A stretch of DNA of 63,863 nucleotides, filler included, from Globobulimina sp. (GCA_003354225.1; 25 parts of 25 records of this genome joined end to end with filler, not necessarily neighbours in it); one strand, 5' to 3'. Positions 1 through 12,656 are shown, counted from the first letter of the whole stretch. Notes: generated from the sequence alone by a model not told the origin. Program-made: numbers and translations.

Positions 1-336
1 ACGCCCGATCGCGAATTATTAACCTTCCCAATACTAAATTTTCTGAATCAATGTATCGATTCTGAAACCAAATCATTTCTAAACCAATCTACAGTTTGAG
101 AAAAAATCCGAGATTTTGTTTTTTTAGTACGAGTTTTGAAAATAACTTTTAATCTAAATCATAATGCTTTGTTTATACTATGTTTCTGTTCTCGTTATTT
201 ATTATTAAATCTGTTATAATTAATACAGCAAATCGCAATTATAAAAGATAATGATTTTGATGTTGAAAAACATTATCGACTCATCAATCCATTTCAAGTT
301 TTGTTGTGTGTGTAACTGTTACATAACTTTGAATTT

Positions 337-2461
337 GTGCATGAGTTGTTACTTTATAAGAATTCTGATGATGAAATGAAGGAGAATAATGAGTCAGTGA
401 ATCAGCCAAAACAGATGGAAAACAGCATCAAAACTCAGTTGGTGAATCTAGGTACAATTATTAGCAAATACGATGATAAAAAGAAAATCGACACATTTAA
501 GCTGATGCGTGATATTTTAAACAAAGCTAGAAGCGATGCCATAAATTCTGCCAGGCATTTTCAAATGTTATTAGGTGAGGATCAGAAAACATATTGGTTT
601 GTCTATGTTTGTTATCATATAACTTTTATGTCTTTTTGTTCACAGTGTGTCAACGACATTAGAATTCTTGAAATTGTTGGATTATGATGTCCAGGATTCA
701 GCAGACGGAATTTTATTAACCGGGTGTCCAAATCAATCAATTTTACAGCAAGTTGCATCATCATTGCATGATTTATCCAATGCCATCCAACGACCAATGC
801 CAAACATATACGAACAGCTTAAATTAACAATACCAGAAAATTCATCAATTAAATCGCATGAAAGTGGTATTAATGACAATGATTTTATTATTTTCAAATT
901 GCAAGAATGGATAAAGGAGGACCAGCAGGGACAGTTAATTGATAAAACTATTTTAGAACCTGTATATTTGGAGAGATTTATTAATTTTTTAGTTCCGAAT
1001 ACAAGTCGCTATGAATGTAAAGAAGTTAAATTAAATATATACCAACATATGCAAAATAATTTCAAATAATTATTTAATTAATATAAGATATATTTTAAGA
1101 AATTAGAAAAGCTGAGAATATGTCCAATTGGATGTTTTGGATCGAGAGAAGAAGTATTAAATATGTTAACAAAATATAAAGCAATCTCAAAAACACTATT
1201 TAATGCTTTGAGAAGCGACATTGCGGATAAATATTTAAAGCCGGGAATTCATACAATACTCCCAATAAATTTGCCTTGTCAATCAAATGTATTATATTTG
1301 TTTTATTGGTCAGCAGCCACCTCATTTGATAAGGCAACGATGAACGATGTTATCAAAATGAAAAAAGATCCTGCGTGTTTATTAAGGTATATATTAATGC
1401 AATTTATAAGTATAAAAATATGATTGGTACAACGTGCTATTCACCAATTCTGCGTGGTATACTTTGTTTGGTACCATGATCCCTTGATGTTTAGACCCAA
1501 AGTTTTTCGTTTCATTTAGTTAGTCAACTTCGAAATTCACATCAAAATTTTGGAGCTGATTACACATAATATATAGTCATGACTTGATCGCACTGGAATG
1601 GTGCAAACAAAGTCAACTGATAACGATGAGTTTTGATACATACAGTTAACAGTTTGCTTCCACTTTGAGCCCAATGCAAATATACTTTGATCAATCATAT
1701 ACAAAACTCATCACTCATCGCCAATGACCAATTATAATTTGTTGGATTATTATATTTATAAATTGCATTATCTATCTATCAGTCGCATTTTATTTGAGTT
1801 ATGCTCAACTGTTTGCATTCAAGTGAATCCCAAGGAATTAAAAGATTTTGGTGTGGTGGAATATAATTCATCTGACACATTTGCATCAGCCAGAAGGCAG
1901 AAATTAAAATTTGTTGTAGAAGAAATAAAAGATAATCAAATTACATGCTCCACAGAAGAAACCAAAATATTAAAGCTGGATACAAAAAAACTGGCATTTA
2001 ATTGGAAGAAATTTCACATTGGAGATAGGATTGATTGTGTTTGTTCTAAATCGAAGAGTACACGTTGGTTTCCTGCGATAATACAAAATATTGAGGGGCG
2101 TAAGGTCCATTTTGCTTTAATTGGATTGGAAAATGAGTGGAATGAATGCATCTATATCGAACAAAATACATTATGTTATTGCTCACGCAAATGTCATGTT
2201 AAAAGTCACAAAATTGCTGCACCAAACACGCAAATTACATATCTCGATAAAAAATATGATTCAAAAGAAAAATATTGCGAATCAAATGCATCTAATACGT
2301 TTTTATTGGATGGTTCAGTCATTCGAGGCTATGTTCAATTTTTTAAGCAACCACAGCAACAGTACAGATCCCTTGAAAACAAAACCTTTCAAAATGCATT
2401 GGCTTTGAATAAGTGGTTGAAGAAATTAAATGAAGATTATATAATCAAATGGGAAAAAGGT
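337..2461 (+). CDS. Partial multi-exon hypothetical protein with a Tudor-knot/Agenet-like motif
   Basis: Staggered + strand ORFs separated by AT-rich GT..AG segments. The last exon has FHIGDRIDC...WFPAII...VHFALIGLENEWNECI, which resembles a chromo-barrel/Tudor-knot signature. Exact exon borders are uncertain. Confidence 0.5.
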
Positions 2462-2561
2462 NNNNNNNNNNNNNNNNNNNNNNNNNNNNNNNNNNNNNNN
2501 NNNNNTTAATTAATTAANNNNNNNNNNNNNNNNNNNNNNNNNNNNNNNNNNNNNNNNNNNN
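2462..2561. other. Artificial contig linker (first of 24): N44-TTAATTAATTAA-N44, stops in all six frames
   Basis: The identical 100-bp linker recurs about every 2.56 kb. Contigs: 1-2461, 2562-5022, 5123-7583, 7684-10143, 10244-12703, 12804-15262, 15363-17821, 17922-20380, 20481-22939, 23040-25497, 25598-28055, 28156-30613, 30714-33171, 33272-35729, 35830-38287, 38388-40845, 40946-43403, 43504-45961, 46062-48519, 48620-51077, 51178-53635, 53736-56192, 56293-58749, 58850-61306, 61407-63863. Confidence 0.99.
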
Positions 2562-4246
2562 ACGGCTACATGTATAATATCAAATGTCATTGTCTCATCC
2601 ATGAGGAGCAGATCCTTTGAAGACATTACACTTTCTATATAGTTTAACAATACCAATGGAGAAAAAAATTCTATTTTGATTAATGGCATAACTATTGGAC
2701 TATCTAAAGACTCTGCAATGACTTTTATTTGAATATAACCTTCTTGTCTAACCATTTCTTTCACCAGTGACCCTACTACTTTGCTCAAGACCTCTATTGC
2801 CAGTCCTCGCACACACAGTGCTAATGCTTTGCGAGTCAGCTTAAAAGAATCCCTGGTTCGTACAGTATGGAATCTTTTCTTTCCTGCATTGTCAACAATA
2901 CGTAGCCCAACTCGAGTATACAAAGATTTTGGATTCATTTCATCTATCGAATCATTGATTGTTTCAACTTTTCCACAGTTATCAGGAACACCGTGATCAT
3001 CCATTTTGTGTCTGACCAATGTTTCCACCTTTTTAAATCCCACATTGCAGAAATCACAAAATACTGTGGAATCATCTAAATTCGCTTCTATTTCAGCAAC
3101 AGTTGTATGATTCCATTTATGTCTAACTAATTTTTCTCTGTTGTCAAACCATTTTTCGCAACCCAAATGTGGACATTTAACTTTGCATTCAAAAGGTTCA
3201 TCATCTGAATCTTGAGTTGTGTGAATTTCGTCATTATGATCGTTGAGCTCAGTTATATGAGAAAACTTGATGTTGCATTCATAGCATTTATAAGTTGTCA
3301 TTCTTTCTTTTGTGTTGTCATGAGGTTTCCTAACATGCACACGGTTTTTATGAGTTCGATACTCTGTTCCATTAATGAAAGTTTGTCCACAGCAGTGATA
3401 ACCTAAAAGGTGTATCTTAAATCATTTTGCGTTATAGCTTTTCCACTTTAAAATAAACACTTACCTTCAACATCTGCAAGTCGATGTGGTTTGATTGGCT
3501 TTGCATTGTCAGGATGGAAATCTCTCATATGTTTCAGCATCCGCTTTCTCCACTTATATATTCTACCACATTCTGGACACGGGTGCTTAACTTCAATCTC
3601 ACTGCAGTAACCTTTCTCCCTATGTAGATCCAATTCCTTTTTCTGAAAGTGCAATATAAGTAATCTCATTAAATTCAAGTGTAAAGGCTTACTTTAGGGA
3701 AAGCTTTCAAACAGATGGAACATTTCAGATCTGGTAACAAATCTGAAGCTCGATTTGGATGATCTTTTAGTATATGTTTTATCAGGTTTCGCTTTATTGT
3801 GAATGAGCCATTACAAACAGAACATTTGTGTTTGAATGTTTCCTTGTCACATTTTCCATTTTTATTGTGTCTTACAAGGTTAGATTTCTAAAACAGAAGT
3901 TGATTCATTTGGTTCCCATCAAAAGATTTTTATTGCCTATAAAAAACACATACCTTCGAAAAAAGATGTCCACATTTTAAACATTTGAGATCAGTCAAGG
4001 TTCTAGCTACCACTTCAGAGTGGACGTTTTTGATGTGACTTTTAAATTCTCTCATAGGAGGGGAGGTAGGGCAGAATGAGAATTGTTGTCTACCACTTTT
4101 AACACATACTTTAGTGCGGAGATGTCTTTGAAGATTGAATTTCTAAGAAGAAAATATATTACATGACAAATTTGTAATAAAAGTAATATAGAAATTAAGT
4201 TTACCTTTGAAAAAGACTTGTTACATTTATCGCAGATGTTTTCCAT
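2562..4246 (-). CDS. Spliced multi-C2H2 zinc-finger protein fused to a Maverick/Polinton pPolB N-terminal-like domain (3' truncated)
   Basis: Removing introns 4143-4204, 3888-3953, 3643-3692 and 3403-3464 gives one frame, MENICDKCNKSFSK|KFNLQRH...CLKCGHLFSK|KSNLVRH...CSICLKAFPK|KKELDLH..., with many CxxC..H..H fingers. It ends in YIQIKVIAESLDSPIVMPLIKIEFFSPLVLLNYIESVMSSKDLLLMDETMTFDIIHVA. Confidence 0.75.
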
Positions 4247-4472
4247 ACCTAAAATACATGAAGTGTTAAGGGGTATGGATACATAGTCTAGATGTAGAAA
4301 CAGAACTGAACTGAGAATAACAGACAAACTAAATTGTAGACCTAATGTGCTACTAAACTGAATCATCATGAAATCGTAAGGAACATCGAAGTTCATTACA
4401 ATTAATATCCATTAGTTCATTTTTGTTTACTATGAACTATCAGGATTTATTACTATGAATAGTCAAAATTTG

Positions 4473-4604
4473 AGTGACCATTGGTCACTGAAGTAGTGAC
4501 CACTGATCACTAAAGTAATGTCCATTGGTCACTCAATCAGGGACCATTGGTCACTCAAGCAGTGACCACTGATCACTCAAGTAGCTATCACTGGTCAATA
4601 AAGC
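4473..4604. repeat. Six tandem 22-bp units, each built on the palindrome AGTGACCA-n-TGGTCACT
   Basis: Units start at 4473, 4495, 4517, 4539, 4561 and 4583 (e.g. agtgaccattggtcactgaagt, agtgaccactgatcactaaagt). The last unit is degenerate. Confidence 0.9.
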
Positions 4605-5244
4605 AGTAGCAAGAACTTGATACGAAAGAGTCCTGTGAATAACATTTGAGCACACTAACTAAATTGTAGATTGTAGACCATTTAAATAGATCATCAGGTC
4701 ATCATGAAGTTGCGTGATCCGATCATACTAAAAATGGGTGATTCTTTTTTATAAACATTATCATGGAAAAACCGAATGAACTGTCAAAGTCATGCGAAAG
4801 TTACATGAACCTTTTAAAACAAGTCTAAAACAAGTTCTAAAATGCCTATGGCAGAACAAGTTTTAATTGTATTGATAATGTCTTCACGACGACAATAACA
4901 ATTGTAAAGTCGTGTAAAAATAATGAAAATTAATCAAGGTCTAAAAGAATAGCAGTACAACACTAAAACGATAACATTGTCACCAAATGGAACCTGGGGG
5001 ACCAGCCGATGAGTCTCCTCTGNNNNNNNNNNNNNNNNNNNNNNNNNNNNNNNNNNNNNNNNNNNNTTAATTAATTAANNNNNNNNNNNNNNNNNNNNNN
5101 NNNNNNNNNNNNNNNNNNNNNNCTCCGTAAATATACAAGTAATTCATTCCGACACACCCTATTCTAAAGTATTTTGATTATAAAAAAGAGTGCTGGTTCG
5201 ATCATATATATATATGATATAATGCCTAATGAATTCAATAGCAA

Positions 5245-7583
5245 CTAATGCAATCTATTCATTTCTTCTACAATCTTAGTCAATGAATGAGTATCAATTT
5301 TCATGTCATTTGCGATTTTTTCTTGTTGATCATTTGTCAAATTTAAAAAAGTTTCAATTAAATCACCATCTAAAAAGCCAACCGCTTGTTTGCCATCAGT
5401 TTGGTTTTTAAATTTCCTCCATTCGTAATGATCCAAACCACCTAAGCCTTGCACGAATTTTCGCAACGATTTCTCCAATTTCTGCAATACATCGTACCGG
5501 TTATACGGGATACATATTAAAACACCAATACTTCCATCAATTGTACCAAATACACACTTTCGCAAATCGGTGGGCCTTAACATGGCTATGTTATATGAAT
5601 GATTATCTTTCACTTTCTCCTCATCCTCATCATTATCATCCGATTCATCCATCTCTATTTTATCCGTTTTATCCGCAATGCTTTTTTTATCAATTTTATG
5701 GGTTTCAATGGCAATATCAATGGGAATATCCATCACCAACGAACCGTGCGTCAGAACATTGATATCATCGCCCCAATGAATCCTGCAAACCACGTCCAAT
5801 CTGCCTCTTTCATCCTCGTTCAATGAATCAATGTTCCTTTTTAAAATAAAAAAGTTGCAAAATGAATCAATCCCAACCAAATACTGATCATTATACATCT
5901 CCCCACATTTCATCCACGACGGATCATAGTCGCGCGCCACTTCGCTAATAATGGCGCCATATTTACCGTGTAACTGTTTCTGTGCTGCTTTGCTATCATT
6001 GACATTGATCAATGTCCCGTCAATCATCTGTTCTTTATTACTATTCGACTGCTGTTTATGTCCGGTATATTGCAACAAAAACATGGATATCGATTTCATT
6101 AAATCAATGACAATGAAAAAGTCGCCATGCACTTTAATGTCTAATACGAAGGTATTATTATGAATGGTGTGCAAATGATGCAATTCGAACGGATATTCGT
6201 CCTCGTCGTCAATATTGGCAATATCCTGAGTATTATCATTATTATTGTGCGGATTTAACGATTTTAGCATCCATCGAAATAACTGGATCTTGCTCCTAAC
6301 GCCGCACAATAAATAATCCTCACCGATGCCACGAATACAGGTCGGATCGCCCCGGAAACTTTTGCTATGTACAATTTTTAATTTAGTGCCTTGCCCTTCA
6401 TTCTTGTTATCATTCTCGTCAGTCATCACCATACAGACTTGCACCTTGCCGGCAGACGGAGACTTTTCATGCGGTTTGGCCAAACACGAAGTAATTATAA
6501 AGTATGTGACATGCGGATCGCACTTAAATTTATGTGTGATTATCTTTGTAATATTCCAATATGGCTCCAATATCTTTGTATATAGCACATCCTCAATATT
6601 TTGCCCGTCGCGCAAAGTCAATTTATAAATGGTTTGGTTGTACGCAGGGTGGAAATAATTGTTATTGTTATCCGTAGTGCATTGCGACGCTAATAAATAG
6701 GAGTTTGTGTCCACGTTATAACAGATTCTGCGCGGTTGCTCATACAACGCTATCTTGGTAATATGCAATTTTTGGACGTGGTCCATTTGTCCAATCATCA
6801 GATTGCCCAAACACGACATGGCTAAACAATCGGGGAAGTCGCGCGCATTAAATTCGGTCATAAAGTTTATTTCAGGCAGATTCACATTGGCATAAAACAT
6901 GCGGTTATTCAATAAATATATGACCGTCGGACGGTCGCAGCCGCCAAATATATATGAAATGTCATTGCATTTAAACGGCAATAAACGGACCGGCTGCGTG
7001 CCTAACGGCATTTTTTTTTGTTTCACCAATTCAATGCCCGATATATTTGTATTTCGATTCAATTTTATATCTAATTTTGCCTCAATAAGCGAGCCGTCGC
7101 CCATACCGACGAATAGATATTGGTCTTTCGGCGAATTGAAGTTTGTAATCAATACGCTACGCGGTACGATATCCGTTTGTAACGGGAATTTAATCAAAAT
7201 ATTGAACTGCGGCAAGGATAATATCCGAATACTATAATCTTTCCACATTCCCACCGCACAAAATAACGATTTATTGTGGTTTATAGACTCGAATGTCGGC
7301 GATAACGCCACACACGAGATCTCGTGCTCTAATTTGCATTTATTCTCACAGTGAATAAGGCATTTTTTGTCCATCTGCAGCTGTAATAATATCAAATTGC
7401 CATTGGATAAGGCGCACAATAATTGTGAGGTGTTGCTGGTACAACTGTTGATTTTAATGTTGTTCTCCTCCAATTTCCATTTATATTTTAAACTGAAATT
7501 ATCCATTAAACCGATGAGATTTATTTCCGATCCGCCAATCTGACAGAAATTGTCATCGCACATATTGGCGCAATGTATACTGC
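5245..7583 (-). CDS. DDB1: DNA damage-binding protein 1, C-terminal part (5' truncated)
   Basis: Motifs HEISC, PRSVL, GMGDG, LGTQP, CDRPTVIY, QKLHI, EQPRRI, DLMKSI, EVARDY, GSLVM, GTIDGSIG, GFLDGDLIETFL, KIVEEMNRLH*. Confidence 0.95.
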
Positions 7584-7683
7584 NNNNNNNNNNNNNNNNN
7601 NNNNNNNNNNNNNNNNNNNNNNNNNNNTTAATTAATTAANNNNNNNNNNNNNNNNNNNNNNNNNNNNNNNNNNNNNNNNNNNN

Positions 7684-10143
7684 CACAATTGCAATTAAAC
7701 TATAACAAATATATATAATCGACATAATAATCATTAAATACCACGCATTATTATTATCATTGTTGCTCTTATTGTTATTAACATTGCTAATCAGTAAGTA
7801 CATGATCCAAAGCGAAAATATATACAATAAAGATTTCCTAATTTCAAATATATCCAACATTTTAATACAAATAACAATCGATTTATTCTGTTCAATCACT
7901 GTTTGTGGATATAATCTCAGATATATTGAAGCAGAATTATATTTTAATAAGTTAGCATTTGACGACATCGATGACCATTTATTCAGCTTTTGTTCCAACT
8001 TAAAATGTTTTTGCTTATCATCCTCTAACAAAGCAATCAAATAATGAATTAATAGTCCAGTAATACTAATAACTGCAACCCCGATTAGCACACTATAAAA
8101 ATCCTTATATTCGTTAAAAAATGGTACAAACAATTTATACTCCACGCCGTTATATGTTATGTAATGAATAAATAAACTGCTGTAAAACAATAATGTTAGA
8201 AAACTTGCAACAAACCATTTAATATTAAACTTCTTCCATTCCCTGAATACATCGCACATTCTCAATTGTTTCCATTTTATGCTGCAACAAATTGATATTA
8301 CAAAACATAAAATCAACACAGAAATTAAATGTGTATTTGATATAAATGGATTTGTGTCTTGATTGATAAAATAATTATTATAATGATAAAACAGCGTATA
8401 AACATAACAAAACACCGCGTTTAATATTAATAAGTAATTAATAGATGTATACATAAACAAAACCTCTTTAATTCTATGCACATTGCAATTCAAATCCCAA
8501 CACTCCCAAAGTGAATATTGTTTATTAAGAGCAGTCTGTGTGGAATCTCTTAAATCAACATCGTATTTATTAAATCTCCCATAACATTTATTCCAAACTG
8601 CTAAACAGGACACTTCACATTTAATGTCCTTTAATATAAGTCGTGTATTTCTTGTATTTATAATATCAGCATCATAATATTTATTTATATACAATGCTTT
8701 ATATGAAAGCTGCACACTTTTCTTTTTATGTTTATTCTGATAAGGTGGCTCCGGCGAATTCGAAGGGGTATTAACTGTCATAATATTCGATTGTTGATGT
8801 TCTTTTTCATGCAATGTATGAAAAGGTGATTTGTTGGAAAATATCGAATACGTCAATTCCGACGTACGTATATTATAAAACCGATCCATGTTAGAATCAC
8901 AAAAAAAATCCCCATACATTCCATCAACCGCACAGTCATACAAAGTCAATAAAAATTCTTCTGTAAACTCAAAGATATCCGGCTGCTGCAGCATAAGTTG
9001 ATAAACCGTATCTAAAAACTGCACAAAAATCGGTGAACGTTCATGAGAGCTTAGTTTCTTTACCGGTGTCTTACCAAAATTACCCAGTCTTTGCGCAAAT
9101 TTATGTCCAAACCATATGAATTCTTTCTGTACCAACAACAAAAATCCAGTCAATGTCCGATAATATGGATCTAATATTAACTGTGACAATGCTGAACATT
9201 GACTGGTTCGATCCCAACCATCACTGCAATGTATCAACACATTATACTTATTGCCAATTATTGTCTGTACAATTTCAACGCTGGCATATAAAACTTTGCT
9301 TAAATGATTGAGCCATTCACAATTTGTCAATCGTATGATCCATTCATCGTCTTTTGGCGTCAATATACAATCAGAAATCAAATTATTTAACGATTCCCGC
9401 ATGACATGAATGTTTTCAATATCCATGAATTTTAGCTCACAAATATCGGAATATCCACTTTGCATTTCATAGCCACTCCCTTTCATTCTATTGGCGATCG
9501 CATTCACTTTGGGCCGCATATCAAATATGAACAACATTCTGCGCGATGGATGAATGTTTGTTGACGGCAGCAATGATAAATACTCTTCGTCAAATTTATT
9601 CCGTTTCGCTATCATTCCCGGCATTGGCTGAGCTGAACGAGAGATACTTATTCCATCGGCATTGCACCACACAATCACAGGCAATCTCTGTTTGCTGCGG
9701 AATTTTGCCGATTTCCTCAACAATTCGTCCTCGACCACTGCAGGCACAATGAACAGTGATGGATATGTTGAGCAAAAGCTTAGGTCTTTATTAACTGTGG
9801 ATATTCTAAACTTTTGTTTGAATTTATTTGTACCATTTCCAATGTCACAAATGCGACTTAATTCGTTGTGTAATTTTTTTGTTTGGTTTTTAGATGAATG
9901 AAGCATGGATTTAACACACTCAGTGCCTAAATTAACGGACATACCAATGCAATTTTCATTGGATAAATATTTTTTTTTAGGTTTACCAAATGATAATATA
10001 CCGCCTAGACTGGGCGGTGTGTAATCGTTTTGGTTGATTTTCATCTCATATTTGTCATCATTGCCGTCAATGTCCGAGGCGTCATCCATGAGATCCGCAG
10101 GTGATATGGTCCCATTTTTGGAGCATATGCAATGAGCAAAAGT
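7684..10143 (-). CDS. Myotubularin-family phosphoinositide 3-phosphatase with a C-terminal multi-TM extension (both ends truncated)
   Basis: CSTYP, FRSKQRLP, RSAQP, DMRPKVNAIAN, IENIHVMRES, catalytic HCSDGWDRT, LDPYYRT, FGHKF and SPIFVQFLD, followed in frame by several hydrophobic helices. Confidence 0.92.
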
Positions 10144-10243
10144 NNNNNNNNNNNNNNNNNNNNNNNNNNNNNNNNNNNNNNNNNNNNTTAATTAATTAAN
10201 NNNNNNNNNNNNNNNNNNNNNNNNNNNNNNNNNNNNNNNNNNN

Positions 10244-11407
10244 AATTGTATCTCTAATATCATTCAGTTGTTTCTCTTGATTTACAAGTCTCCATTTATT
10301 GTTTTCATTGCATCGAATGTCATAAAACTCAATCTGTTTGAAACTGCCATGGCCACTCAATTGTTTATTTAGAACAAACAAAATATTATTATCTTCCATC
10401 CATACTATTGGATCCATTGTGTGTGCATTTATAGTATTTGGCAATTTATACCATTTATCTTTAACAAAGTCGTAATAATCACTATAATTATAATTATATT
10501 TATTATGACCTCCTGCAATATAACATCGTTTGTGATAATGGTTCCAACAAATACCAAACGAATGCCTTACTCGGTTTGTATGGAGCGAAAATAGTATTTG
10601 GTCGTTCCAAAGTTCACTTTGTAAATCAAACAATTTTATCCCCCCATTTGAATCCATAATACATACTTTATTATTATAAATATTATCAATCAAACACGGA
10701 TTACAAATAAATTCTTCATTCGCTTTTAAATTTGTTGCAAATGGTTTCCATTTCCATTCATTATAAATAGAATGATTTAAATCTAACAATAATAATTTTG
10801 CATTATTCCACATTCCGGCAATCGCAATCAATGTATCCTCAGCATAACAATATAATAAATTTTTTATGTCTTGAGTTTCATGGTTTGCTCTGAATGGTAA
10901 ATGTAATATTTTATCAATTTTATAAGTAAATGGATCAATTAATATCGCCTCAACATTGCCCTGTTTGATAACGTTTTTGGCATAAAATATGGTGGTATAT
11001 ATTCTATGTTTATTATAATGTTGAAATCGAACATTTTTTGCAAAATGAATAGCTCTGTCACAAGAAGTCATTTTGTGATTAATATCATAAGTCTCGTCCA
11101 ACATTATCCATCTTCTCCTTCTCCTATTTGTTAAGCTTAAACACGTATTAATAAAATAAATGTGTCCCAATTTCTTTTCTTTATTTGATGCATATATAAT
11201 CAGATTAAGATTATGCGTTATCATTAAATATTTAATCACAACTCGCATCACACATTTTGGAATAGTTAGAAAAAATTGACGAATGTAACCAGTAAATAAT
11301 AAAGACGCTTGATCAGTTTCTGCATTTTCAATTAATTTTATAGCTTGGTGTGCTTCCTTTAGTTCGAATTCCTTATTACTTGAGGCTCCAAACAAATATT
11401 GTCCCAT
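10244..11407 (-). CDS. Kelch-like beta-propeller protein with an N-terminal F-box-like motif (3' truncated)
   Basis: MG start, then LLFTGYIRQ..IPKCVMRVVIKY, then a Kelch-like unit YIAGG...YYDFVKDKWYKLPNT. Confidence 0.6.
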
Positions 11408-11520
11408 TCTTAGAAGTTGTAAACTTGGAATACTTGGATACTGAGCTCGAGAGTTTTTCTCTTTGGCTTACAATTATACAAAAGAAAATTAAGAAAATTA
11501 AGAAAATAATAAAATAAGAG

Positions 11521-12240
11521 TTAAATCATGATATGATGAGTTTCCTCTCTCGTCGCAGTTTTTTCAGTAAGTAATTGCATGAGCCCTTCGGCGTCGTTTG
11601 TTGAAACAAATATTGTATTCATCATACAACAATTTGCATTACACGGATTGCAACATGGTTGACACCAACATCCTTTACCAATATATCTGCCATTTTCACC
11701 ACAACAACAATTCAAACAACATCTTTCCAAACAACAATCTGTGTCATCAGCCGCACCGTGTCCTTGTGCTCTTTCACTAATTGTGATTCGTACTACTTTA
11801 TGACCGCAACATTTACCCATTTCACCACAACAACATGAACATGTATTAAATAATTTGACTGTATTACAATTTAAACCAAATCCATAAAAACATGTTTGTG
11901 TTAATTCAAAATCTCTAATCAAATTATATGGTATTTTTTCTTTACCCATTCCACATAACATCCATCTGCATGGTCCATATGTTATTAATAAATGATCGTC
12001 TTTGTCTTCAATTTGTACCCAAATAGTAGCTAATCCCCAACATATGAGAATTATACAATATATAATATTCGTATCAACATACACATCCGAAACAAATACC
12101 GACACTACAAACCCTACTAATCCTGCTAAACCTCCAATTGTATATAATAACCATAAACATCCGCATTGCCTTCGGTTATACCCACCCATTGATATTCCTG
12201 TTCGATTCACGTTGAGTGGTTCCGAATCATTATCGGCCAT
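11521..12240 (-). CDS. Cysteine-rich two-TM membrane protein
   Basis: Complete 239-aa ORF with two hydrophobic helices, a PH-like beta region (LLITYGP...KIPYNLIRDFE...IFVSTNDAEGLMQLL) and dense CC/CCC clusters. Confidence 0.75.
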   Translation of the reverse strand: MADNDSEPLNVNRTGISMGGYNRRQCGCLWLLYTIGGLAGLVGFVVSVFVSDVYVDTNIIYCIILICWGLATIWVQIEDKDDHLLITYGPCRWMLCGMGKEKIPYNLIRDFELTQTCFYGFGLNCNTVKLFNTCSCCCGEMGKCCGHKVVRITISERAQGHGAADDTDCCLERCCLNCCCGENGRYIGKGCWCQPCCNPCNANCCMMNTIFVSTNDAEGLMQLLTEKTATREETHHIMI

Positions 12241-12588
12241 AATGAATTGACTGATATACTTAATTGATTCTATATGTGTACACTAGTATAGATTACAAAC
12301 GCTTAAAGATTAAAAAAAGGTACTGTACTGTTTTTATTTATGGGTGTATGATTTAGTTCAGTCGGAGTCGGAGAAGCACTCACTGATTTTTCTTTTTTTC
12401 TGTTAAAAGGCTTTTTCATTTCAAACTAATTTAAATCAAGATGACACTTGCTTTAAATTATAAATTCAATGCCAAATCAACTTACAAAATATGTCATTTT
12501 TTGCTGTTTTTAATTTTGAATTTGTTGATGATTTTTTACAATTAAGTGTTTTCACGAAATAAAATAAAATCAATGTCCAATTTCATAT

Positions 12589-12656
12589 TTAATCGGATTC
12601 AGAATCTGAATCCTCTTCAGAAGAACTGTCATCATCTCCAAATAAGTTCCCTCCAG
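12589..12656 (-). CDS. Terminal exon with an acidic tail (GGNLFGDDDSSSEEDSDSESD*), possibly a 60S acidic P-protein
   Basis: Follows an ...aatatAG acceptor. GxLF-D plus an acidic run resembles P0/P1/P2 tails, but it is too short to be sure. Confidence 0.3.

Noticed and set aside
1060..1069. AAA-TAA as a Euplotes-type +1 frameshift site
   Set aside because: It lies within an apparent GT..AG intron (about 1025-1088), so no recoding is needed.
4473..4604. CRISPR array interpretation of the palindromic repeats
   Set aside because: The units are head to tail with no unique spacers, there are no cas genes, and the context is a spliced eukaryotic gene.
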